A stretch of 64,000 nt of DNA from Verrucomicrobiota bacterium. Its GTDB lineage: Bacteria > Verrucomicrobiota > Verrucomicrobiia > Limisphaerales > CANJSG01. This document shows positions 16,615-24,086 of the stretch, in pieces. The notes under the pieces were generated by a model that was not told the origin of the DNA, ran no database searches, and worked only from the letters and a program-made list of their open reading frames with translations. The stretch is taken from assembly GCA_043744715.1 (NCBI GenBank), contig JAYTUE010000214.1:41332-105331 (forward strand), given 5' to 3'. The first letter of the stretch is position 1; each line of letters starts with the position of its first letter. A program made the position numbers and the translations under genes.

Positions 16615-17985
16615 ATGAGCATGAAACGTTTTCCCATCCCAGCACTTGTCGCCGCCCTCATCGCCGCAACCGGCTTGGGCGTGTCCGCGGCCGAGTCCGT
16701 GGCCGACGACATGCGCCGCGACGGAGTGGTCCGCGCCGTCGAGCAGGTCACGCCGAGCGTCGTCAACATCGCGACCAAGACCGCCGAGCACCTCGCCGTG
16801 ACGCCCGTTTACGACTGGTATTTCGGCGAGCTTCTCGGCCGCAAGCTCACGCGCATTCCCGAGCAGCGCAGCGCCGGTTCCGGCGTGATCATCGACGCCG
16901 ACGGCTGGGTGCTGACGAACGTGCATGTCGTGGAGAACGCGATCGGCGAACGCGACGAAATCTGGGTGCGCCTCTGGGACGGCAGCCGCGAACTCCGGGC
17001 CAAGGCCATCTTCGGAATTCCCGGCACAGACGTCGCGCTGCTCAAGCTCCAGTCCAAGCCCGGAGAGAAGTTCACGCCCGTCAAACTCGCCGCCGACAAC
17101 GACATCATCCTCGGCGAGACCGTCCTCGCCCTCGGCAATCCCCTCGGCCTCGGCAGTTCCGTGAGCAAGGGCATCCTGAGCGCCAAGCCGCGCCGCGCCG
17201 ATCCCACCGGCAACGAACTCGACAACGCGGACTGGATCCAGACCGACGCCGCCATCAATCCGGGCAACAGCGGCGGTCCGCTCGTGAACCTCAAGGGCGA
17301 ACTGATCGGGCTCAACGTGGCGATGGCGCGCGGCGGACAGGGCATCGGGTTCGCCATCCCAGCCAAACGCGTCGCCGCTGCCCTCGCGGAATTCTTTTCG
17401 CCGGAAGCGATGGCGCAGCGTTGGATGGGACTCCGTTTCCAGAAGGCGCCCGACGGCGGCTTCAGCATCAGCGACGTCCATCCGGGCAGCCCGGCGGCCA
17501 AGGCGGGAGTCAAGGCGGGCGACAAGCTCGAGATGATCGACGGCCGGCCTCCGGAGAACGTGATCGATGCGGCGACGAAGCTTTCCGAGAGCAAGAGCGT
17601 GGTGAGCCTGAAGCTGCTGCGCGCGGGCAGGAGCGTGACGGCCTCGTTCTCATCCCTGCCGCTGGCGGCGGTCCTCACGAACAAGCTGGGAGCGGAGCTG
17701 GTGCCGATCGACGCGGCCCTGTCGAAGCAAACGGGGCTGGCCCAGGGATCGGGGCTGATGGTGACGAGCGTGGAACGCGGCGGACCCGCGGAATCCTCCG
17801 GCATCCGGGCCGGATGCCTGGTCCAGGGATTCAACAACGGCAAGGTGAAGGACACGCTCGGAGCGGCCGCGCTGCTCTGGTCGGCCAAGACGGGCGACGT
17901 GGTGAAGGTGAGCTACACCCGTTTCACCCGGCGCGGCGGCCTGCTCCTGTCGCAGGACTCGGAATCGGATGTGGAGATAAGGTGA
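16615..17985 (+). CDS. HtrA/DegP-family periplasmic serine protease with two PDZ domains
   Basis: ORF 16528..17985; start taken at MSMKRFPIPALVAALIAATGLGVSA (signal peptide). Catalytic triad context TNVHVV, DVALLKL, GNSGGPLVN. Two PDZ-like segments. Confidence 0.85.
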   Translation: MSMKRFPIPALVAALIAATGLGVSAAESVADDMRRDGVVRAVEQVTPSVVNIATKTAEHLAVTPVYDWYFGELLGRKLTRIPEQRSAGSGVIIDADGWVLTNVHVVENAIGERDEIWVRLWDGSRELRAKAIFGIPGTDVALLKLQSKPGEKFTPVKLAADNDIILGETVLALGNPLGLGSSVSKGILSAKPRRADPTGNELDNADWIQTDAAINPGNSGGPLVNLKGELIGLNVAMARGGQGIGFAIPAKRVAAALAEFFSPEAMAQRWMGLRFQKAPDGGFSISDVHPGSPAAKAGVKAGDKLEMIDGRPPENVIDAATKLSESKSVVSLKLLRAGRSVTASFSSLPLAAVLTNKLGAELVPIDAALSKQTGLAQGSGLMVTSVERGGPAESSGIRAGCLVQGFNNGKVKDTLGAAALLWSAKTGDVVKVSYTRFTRRGGLLLSQDSESDVEIR

Positions 17986-18074
17986 GATGCGGGCCCGTCA
18001 GGGCATTGTGCGATGGCCTTGTCCGCTCCAGACAGGGCGGAACCTCGTCCAGCCTTCGAGTGGATTGTTCCGGC

Positions 18075-18524
18075 TTACTGCGGAGTTTTTTTGCGCCCCT
18101 GGGGGATCCGCAGCGGCGCCACGCTTTGAACGCGCCAGCCCTCCTTCTCAAGCTCCAGACGGTATTGGTAGAGGACCACCCGGCCCACCGCGTTGGAGAC
18201 GGCCACGTTGACGACGGCAGTCTCGTCGTCGTGCATGACGTCGCCGAGGGAGTAGCCTGTGTTCTCCGCGACGACCGGATAGTCCCGGCGGATCATCGCC
18301 TCGAAACGTTTCCGGTCGCTGCCGCGCCGCAGCCCGGGTGCGGCGAAGGCATAGGCGCGGTCGTAGTCCCCGTCGCGAATGGCCTCCATCTGCTGCTTCA
18401 CCGTCGAGGTGATGGCGGCCGCGACAGTGTCGGCGCGGGTGTTGATGTAGACGACGTAGAGTGCGACGCCGAGGCACGCGACCAGCACCGAGCCCACGAT
18501 CTGGATCAGGGCTTTCATGGACAT
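18075..18524 (-). CDS. DUF4864-like membrane-anchored protein
   Basis: ORF 18075..18671; start taken at MSMKALIQIVGSVLVACLGVALYVV. QQMEAIRDGDYDRAYAFAAPGLR...EGWRVQSV resembles the DUF4864 (SnoaL-like) pattern. Confidence 0.5.
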   Translation of the reverse strand: MSMKALIQIVGSVLVACLGVALYVVYINTRADTVAAAITSTVKQQMEAIRDGDYDRAYAFAAPGLRRGSDRKRFEAMIRRDYPVVAENTGYSLGDVMHDDETAVVNVAVSNAVGRVVLYQYRLELEKEGWRVQSVAPLRIPQGRKKTPQ

Positions 18525-18699
18525 GAGCTTGCGCCCGACGGACGGGAACGCAATCGCCCAACGAATCAGGAACGGGGCCGGCTCTTCGGGCAGACAGGGA
18601 TTGCGACGGTTTTCAAAATGGGAAATGAGAACGGGGTTGAGACGCCAAAGGGGAATTCTCCCGGTTGGCAATGGCGGGTGTTTGCTTTAGACCCTCGTC

Positions 18700-19335
18700 A
18701 TGCCGATTGACGCCGATGCGCCGACGATCGCCCGTTGCCTGCGGGGCGAGGCTGGGGCCTGGGACGAACTCTTCCGCAGCCACTACGACCCGACGGCCCG
18801 GTTCATCTTCCAGCTCTCCGGCGATTTCACCCGCGAGGACGCCGCGGAGATCGCCCAGGACACGTTTCTTTCGGTGGTGCAGAACCTCGGGACCTTCAAG
18901 GGCACGAGCCGGCTTCAAACCTGGATCTTCCGCATCGCGGCCAACAAGGCCCGCGACGTGATCGAGATGCGCCATGCGCTCAAACGGGGCGCGGGCCAGA
19001 CGATCCTCTCGCTCCAGGCGGAGGATCCGCAGACGGGATTGACGCCCGATGCGGTGTCGCCACTCCCGTCGCCGGCGGAATTGATGCAACGCGCGGAAAC
19101 CGCCGGGACGCTCACGGAGGCGATGGGCCATCTGTCGGCGCTTTGCCGGGAGGTGATCGAGCTGCGCTACTTCGGCGACCTGAGCTACGACGAGATCTCC
19201 AAGGAGCTCGAACTGAACGCCAAGACCGTCAGTTCGCGCCTGAGCAAATGCCTCGACCGCCTCGAGGACATCGTCCAGCAGCTTCTTTCCCGGAAGGGAT
19301 TCCCGGCCCAATCCGTCCAACCCTCATCGCGCTGA
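18700..19335 (+). CDS. ECF-type RNA polymerase sigma factor
   Basis: 211 aa. Region 2 (AAEIAQDTFLSVVQNLGTFKGTSRLQTWIFRIAANKARD) and region 4 (CREVIELRYFGDLSYDEISKELELNAKTVSSRLSKC). Confidence 0.85.
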   Translation: MPIDADAPTIARCLRGEAGAWDELFRSHYDPTARFIFQLSGDFTREDAAEIAQDTFLSVVQNLGTFKGTSRLQTWIFRIAANKARDVIEMRHALKRGAGQTILSLQAEDPQTGLTPDAVSPLPSPAELMQRAETAGTLTEAMGHLSALCREVIELRYFGDLSYDEISKELELNAKTVSSRLSKCLDRLEDIVQQLLSRKGFPAQSVQPSSR

Positions 19336-19336
19336 G

Positions 19337-20614
19337 ATGTCCGACGAACCCAAAAAACTGATCGAAGCCCACCTCGAAGCCCTCGCCGCACAACGGCGCC
19401 AGGCGGCCGGTGGCGTCTTCGAGCTGGACGCGGCCTCGCAGCGAACGCTGTTGGCCGAGGTGCGGCGCGTGCATGGACTGGACGAAGCGGCAGCTCAGAT
19501 TGAAGCCAAAATCTTTCGGCCCCTGCTTCCAGCGGCCATGGCGGTGGCGCCTGAGCCCGTGGAAGCTACCGCGCCGGAGGCGGAGGAGGCCCTGCGCCAC
19601 AACCTCCAGGCGGAAGCGCCGCGCGCGGATGAACCAGCCAAGGCCTTCGCGCCGCGTGAAGCCGGGGGCCTGTCCGCCTGGCGGATGCTGTGGACGCGAT
19701 TGGCGTTTTCGTTTGGATCCGTTGCGCTCGTCGGCCTTGCGGCGTTCATCATCCGCCTGCAGTTCCCGGCGGAGCGCGAAGGCAGCTCCTTCGCTAGACT
19801 TTCGGCTACACCATCGGACAAGGCGCTTCCCATCGGGCCGGAAGCGGAAGGGACGCGCTCCAAGGCGCTCGCGGATGCTCCGAAGAACACCGACGCCCTC
19901 CTGCGTCTCGATGAGGCCAAACCCGCCGCACCGCTGCTGGCCGCGAACGATGCCGCGGCCCCCATGCCGGCGACGGCACCGGCAGGCCGTTCCTCGCTCC
20001 GTCCCGAATCCGCGCCGGTGGGAAAATCTCTCGCGGCGTCGGGCATCCAGGAGAAGGACAAAGACGCCATGGCGGCCCCCTCTTCTGCGGCGGCGAGCAC
20101 ACCGACCCAGGCAGTGATCCCATCAGCGACCGAATCCGCCTCGAAGAAGATGGATCTCGCCGAAAACAAAGCGGAACGCCGGCTAGCTGCGCGCCGGCCT
20201 CTTGCAGCTCCAGCCGCTCCCGCGACAAATCCGGCAACAGCCGGTGCATTGGGAGGCGCGGCCGCGCCGTTGGAGCTGCCCGAGGGCACCTTCGTGCAAC
20301 GGGAGGTCCGGTCCGGCATGCGTCGGAACATCCAGTCTCCCCCGAAGCCCGACGTGCTGGCGTCCTTCCGCCTCGTTCCGCAGGGCGACATGGTCCGGTT
20401 GATCGATAAGGATGGCTCCGTTTACGTGGGCAGGCGCATCGCCAGTGGTTCCACGGTCCGCTTCACCGCAACCGGCATCAACGTGACCCTCGACCAGTCC
20501 GTCACCGTCGAGGCCGTGCTCATCCCCGGAACCGCCGAGGGCACCCCGCTTCTCCGAGGCCAGGTCAGATTGGACGCGCGCCGTTCGTGGCAGTTCGAGG
20601 CCGAGCTCCGTTGA
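19337..20614 (+). CDS. Putative anti-sigma factor (Ala/Pro-rich single-pass membrane protein)
   Basis: The start is 1 nt after the sigma stop. One TM segment (LAFSFGSVALVGLAAFII). The function is inferred from position only. Confidence 0.4.
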   Translation: MSDEPKKLIEAHLEALAAQRRQAAGGVFELDAASQRTLLAEVRRVHGLDEAAAQIEAKIFRPLLPAAMAVAPEPVEATAPEAEEALRHNLQAEAPRADEPAKAFAPREAGGLSAWRMLWTRLAFSFGSVALVGLAAFIIRLQFPAEREGSSFARLSATPSDKALPIGPEAEGTRSKALADAPKNTDALLRLDEAKPAAPLLAANDAAAPMPATAPAGRSSLRPESAPVGKSLAASGIQEKDKDAMAAPSSAAASTPTQAVIPSATESASKKMDLAENKAERRLAARRPLAAPAAPATNPATAGALGGAAAPLELPEGTFVQREVRSGMRRNIQSPPKPDVLASFRLVPQGDMVRLIDKDGSVYVGRRIASGSTVRFTATGINVTLDQSVTVEAVLIPGTAEGTPLLRGQVRLDARRSWQFEAELR

Positions 20615-20677
20615 AGAGCCGTAGGCGAGAATGCGCGGGGGTTGCCTCATTCCCCGGTCGCTTCTAGCCTTCTCCCA

Positions 20678-20980
20678 ATGCCGGACATCATGGATCCAGC
20701 CGTTCTGCCGGATGCAGCCACCAGGACCAAACCCTCGGAGAAACCCGATCCGGGCTGGCTGGTCATCGTCTGGAACGATCCCGTGAACCTCATGGACTAC
20801 GTCACGCATGTGTTCATGAAGGTCTTCAGCTGGCAGAAGGACAGGGCCGAGAAGCACATGATGGAGGTCCATCAGAAGGGCAGGAGCGTCGTCGCCCAGG
20901 AAACCTTCGAGAAGGCCGAGCACTACGTCCACCTGCTGCATGGCTACCACCTGCACGCGACCCTGGAGAAGGCCTCGTGA
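20678..20980 (+). CDS. clpS: ATP-dependent Clp protease adaptor ClpS
   Basis: ORF 20642..20980; start taken at ATG 20678. WLVIVWNDPVNLMDYVTHVFMKVFSWQKDRAEKHMMEVHQKGRSVV is the conserved ClpS core. Confidence 0.85.
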   Translation: MPDIMDPAVLPDAATRTKPSEKPDPGWLVIVWNDPVNLMDYVTHVFMKVFSWQKDRAEKHMMEVHQKGRSVVAQETFEKAEHYVHLLHGYHLHATLEKAS

Positions 20981-21534
20981 AGCTTCTTCGTAAAGGTCCG
21001 CAGACCATCTCGCTCTCGATCACGACGATGGACCGCCGGCTCATCGACGCCGTGCTCTCCTCGTTCGACCAGCTTCCGCGCAGCGACGGGACGCTCTCGA
21101 TTTCCGGGGAGCTGGCGGAAGCCGAGCAGGAGCTTCTCCACGCGGCCCTCCGCGAGCAGCGGGCCGAACAGTGGAAGTGGTTCTCCGACCTCGCCGCCGC
21201 CAAAGGCACGTGGACGCGGCACGGCCGGAACTGGAAACTGACCCTTGCTCCGGACCGCATGGAGTCGCTGCTCCAGATGCTGAACGACATCCGGGTTTCG
21301 TCCTGGAAGATCCTCGGCTGCCCGCCGGAGCTGCCACGCGGTCCATTCCCTCCCGACACGGTCAACGGCGTGGCCGGCTGGCTCCTGCTGACGACGGGCT
21401 ACCTCCAGTCGCACTTGTTGCAGGCGCTGGAAAGCCCCGTGCCTCCGCAGAAGGCCCGGAAGAAAGCAAAGTCTACCGCAGAGCTTCCGAAGAAGCCGGT
21501 GGCTAGGAAGCCGAAACGGCCGAAGAAGGATTGA
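20977..21534 (+). CDS. Hypothetical protein, possibly DUF2017-like, with a Lys/Pro-rich tail
   Basis: 185 aa. The GTG start overlaps the clpS stop (GTGA), and the stop is 3 nt before the aat ATG. MESLLQMLNDIRVSSWKILG and GWLLLTTGYLQSHLLQAL resemble my memory of DUF2017; this is unverified. Confidence 0.5.
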   Translation: MKLLRKGPQTISLSITTMDRRLIDAVLSSFDQLPRSDGTLSISGELAEAEQELLHAALREQRAEQWKWFSDLAAAKGTWTRHGRNWKLTLAPDRMESLLQMLNDIRVSSWKILGCPPELPRGPFPPDTVNGVAGWLLLTTGYLQSHLLQALESPVPPQKARKKAKSTAELPKKPVARKPKRPKKD

Positions 21535-21537
21535 TCG

Positions 21538-22200
21538 ATGCGCCCGGTCCAGCTCGACGGCCGTCTGCGCTTTCCTGATCCGCGACAATTCCCCGCACAT
21601 TTCCTGGGCTCCGAGCCCGTCGCCATGGGCGGTGATTTCTCCGTCGAGCGCCTGATGCTGGCCTACCGCAACGGCATCTTCCCATGGACCGCCCAACCGA
21701 TCGGCTGGTGGTCGCCCGATCCACGCGGTGTTATTTTTCCCGAGGAGTTCCACATCGCACGCAGCCTGGCGCGCACGCTTCGGCAAAAGCCCTACACCGT
21801 CACATCAGACCGCGCCTTCGAGCAGGTGGTGGCCGGTTGCGCCAGCGCCTCCCGGCCCGGACGCTGGATCACTCCGGAGTTCCTCGAAGCCTACGTCCGC
21901 CTGCACCGCGCCGGACACGCGCACAGCGTGGAATGCTGGCGGGGAGACGACCTCGTCGGCGGCATCTACGGCGTGGCGGTGGGCGGGGTCTTCTGCGGGG
22001 AATCCATGTTCCACACGGCGGACAACGCCTCGAAGATCGCCCTCGCCAGCCTGATGGAGATCCTCGTCGCGAAGGGATTCGCACTGCTGGACACGCAGAT
22101 GGTCACGGAGACGACCTTGCCGTTCGGCGCGACGGAGATTCCAAGGTCCGAGTATCTGACCATCCTGGATGCGGTGAAGGACCACCAACCGGTCTGGTAG
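21538..22200 (+). CDS. aat: Leucyl/phenylalanyl-tRNA--protein transferase
   Basis: 220 aa. Motifs LMLAYRNGIFPW, WWSPDPRGVI, AHSVECW, DLVGGIYGVAVGGVFCGESMFH, LLDTQ. Confidence 0.85.
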   Translation: MRPVQLDGRLRFPDPRQFPAHFLGSEPVAMGGDFSVERLMLAYRNGIFPWTAQPIGWWSPDPRGVIFPEEFHIARSLARTLRQKPYTVTSDRAFEQVVAGCASASRPGRWITPEFLEAYVRLHRAGHAHSVECWRGDDLVGGIYGVAVGGVFCGESMFHTADNASKIALASLMEILVAKGFALLDTQMVTETTLPFGATEIPRSEYLTILDAVKDHQPVW

Positions 22201-22226
22201 GGCTCGGCAGGAGCCTTCGCCCTACC
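22196..22226 (+). repeat. GCCCTACC-type hairpin (family B) overlapping the aat stop codon
   Basis: In GGTAGGGCTCGGCAGGAGCCTTCGCCCTACC the outer stem is GGTAGGGC/GCCCTACC and the inner stem is GGCTC/GAGCC. The TAG stop lies inside the stem. No strong U-tract follows. Confidence 0.75.
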
Positions 22227-22300
22227 ATTTCGACCGTTCAAGATCGTCGCTGTGAATAGCTCCGCCTTGCCTCTTGCGGATGCGTTCCTATCTTGCCGGC

Positions 22301-22945
22301 ATGAGACGATTTCTTGGGGCGATGGTGTTGTCGGCGGGTTTGGCCGGGAGCGTATGGGCGGCGGATCCGACGATCACCGCCGACATCGAACAGCTGAAGG
22401 CCGACGTGGAACGCCTGATGGCGACCAACCTGGAACAGCAGAAACGCATCACCGAACTCACCCGCCAGCTCCAGACCGTGCGCGAGGAGGCCAACCGCCA
22501 GAAGAGCGATCCCGCCGTGGGCACCTTGTCGGAGCAGGTCCGCAAGCTCTCCGACAAGATCGAGGAGGTGGACCGCAAACGCATCGGCGACGCCGGCGTC
22601 GTGAAGGACCAGTTCGAGAAGCTGGCCACATTGATCAAGTCCACTCCGGCCCCCTCCCCTCCACCGGTCCGTCATACGGAGGGAGGTTCAGCCCGGAATG
22701 AACCGTCCGAAGGCGAGGGTTCCAAGCCCAGACCTCGCCCGCCCGCCACCATTCCGGACAAGGGCTACGAATACGTCGTCCAGTCGAACGACACCGTTTC
22801 CGGCATCATCGGGCTCTACAACACCGAGTTCAAAAAGCAGGGCAAGAAGGGCGTCTCACTCCAGCAGGTGCTCGATGCGAACCCCGGCCTGGTGCCCGCG
22901 AAGCTGAAGGTCGGGCAGAAGATCTTCATCCCGATGCCCCAGTGA
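22301..22945 (+). CDS. Secreted coiled-coil protein with a C-terminal LysM domain
   Basis: ORF 22274..22945; start taken at MRRFLGAMVLSAGLAGSVWA. LysM segment: YVVQSNDTVSGIIGLYN...LQQVLDANPGL...LKVGQKIFIP. Confidence 0.7.
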   Translation: MRRFLGAMVLSAGLAGSVWAADPTITADIEQLKADVERLMATNLEQQKRITELTRQLQTVREEANRQKSDPAVGTLSEQVRKLSDKIEEVDRKRIGDAGVVKDQFEKLATLIKSTPAPSPPPVRHTEGGSARNEPSEGEGSKPRPRPPATIPDKGYEYVVQSNDTVSGIIGLYNTEFKKQGKKGVSLQQVLDANPGLVPAKLKVGQKIFIPMPQ

Positions 22946-22967
22946 TCCGCCAATCCGAGACGACGCG

Positions 22968-23351
22968 ATGAACGTTCAATCCTTCGTGCGCAAGGCGCAC
23001 CTCTACCTCGGCGTCTTCTTCACCCCCATCCTCGTCTTCTTCGTCGTGAGCGGCTGGTATCAGACGATGAACCCGGACCGGCGGAAGACCCCGCAGGATG
23101 CGGAGGCCGTCTTCGACCGGATGCGTTTCGTCCACGCGGAGTCCCTCCTGCCGAGCCAGACCGCGACCGGCTACTCCACGAAGACCTTCCGTTGGTTCGT
23201 GGCGGCCGCATCTCTGGCATTGCTTTTGACGACCCTCCTTGGCTTGTATCTGGCAATCCGCCACAGCCGCCGTCCCTGGCCAGTCATGCTCTGCCTCACC
23301 CTGGGCATCTTGCTTCCACTGGTTCTCCTTTGGCTGGGCCAGAAACGTTAG
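22968..23351 (+). CDS. Small integral membrane protein (PepSY-TM-like N-terminus)
   Basis: 127 aa. FVRKAHLYLGVFFTPILVFFVVSGW plus two further TM segments. Confidence 0.45.
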   Translation: MNVQSFVRKAHLYLGVFFTPILVFFVVSGWYQTMNPDRRKTPQDAEAVFDRMRFVHAESLLPSQTATGYSTKTFRWFVAAASLALLLTTLLGLYLAIRHSRRPWPVMLCLTLGILLPLVLLWLGQKR

Positions 23352-23417
23352 CCGCAGCAAACCCAGTCACCCAACCCGGCGTCGACGCCGCCTGCCCGGC
23401 GTGTCGCCCCCGAAGTT

Positions 23418-23807
23418 ATGCATCCGCTCCTGCAAATCGGTGCCGTCTCGTTCGTGGCGACCCTCATGGTGGTCCTCACCATCTACCGCACCACCTACCG
23501 CGTCACTGGCACCCATCTCCAGATCCGCGTGTTCGGCGTCCCCATCCGCCGCATCGCCCTCCAGCGCATCCGCCGCTACGTCCGCGAGAGGGACATACTG
23601 GCGGAACTCTGGGTCAACAGGCTCATGCCCGGCCGCCGCACCCTCGTGATCGAACTCAAGGACGGGCTCTTCCGTCAGGTGGTCATCTCGCCCCGTCTGC
23701 CCTACGTCTTCCGCCACGAACTCTCCGAAGCCCGCCGGGCGCTGAAGGCTGGCCCGGTCGAAGAAGCCGAAGAACCCGTTTCCTCACCGGTTCCCCAACC
23801 GAACTAG
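23418..23807 (+). CDS. Small membrane-anchored hypothetical protein
   Basis: 129 aa. One N-terminal TM segment, then a basic soluble part. I recognise no confident family. Confidence 0.4.
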   Translation: MHPLLQIGAVSFVATLMVVLTIYRTTYRVTGTHLQIRVFGVPIRRIALQRIRRYVRERDILAELWVNRLMPGRRTLVIELKDGLFRQVVISPRLPYVFRHELSEARRALKAGPVEEAEEPVSSPVPQPN

Positions 23808-23828
23808 ATCCAAGCCTCAAACGAAACC

Positions 23829-24012
23829 ATGCAGGGGGAATGCGGCCGCGAAGCGGCTGACGCAAGGGAGGGCAGCGCATCTTGCCTGCCCAAGACGCTC
23901 CCGGCCTGGAACCAAACGGTGCGGGAGTATCAGGACGTCCGTCGGTGCGGAAACCCCCTTGCCAGCACGGGGCAGGCTGGAAGCCCGCCCTGCCTTCAAC
24001 TGCATCGTTCCA
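23829..24012. mobile_element. MITE-like repeat, family A, copy 2, flanked by a 14-bp direct repeat
   Basis: (C)ATGCAG...CTGCAT ends with the same subterminal GGGCAG..CTGCCC and GGGGCAGGCTGGAAGCCCGCCCT blocks as copies 1 and 3. CCTCAAACGAAACC occurs at both 23815-23828 and 24013-24026. Confidence 0.55.
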
Positions 24013-24021
24013 CCTCAAACG

Positions 24022-24063
24022 AAACCGCCCGGCCGAGTGATCGGCCGGGCGGTTTCTGTTTTT
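24022..24063 (+). terminator. Rho-independent terminator
   Basis: AAACCGCCCGGCCGA-gtga-TCGGCCGGGCGGTTT is a perfect 15-bp stem followed by CTGTTTTT. Confidence 0.7.
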
Positions 24064-24086
24064 AAGTTCCCAGGATAGACAGCCGC

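Noticed and set aside
18525-18699. An ECF-type autoregulated promoter (GGAAC...CGTC) upstream of the sigma factor gene.
   Set aside because: Two GGAAC motifs are present, but none has a convincing -10 element at 16-17 nt spacing.
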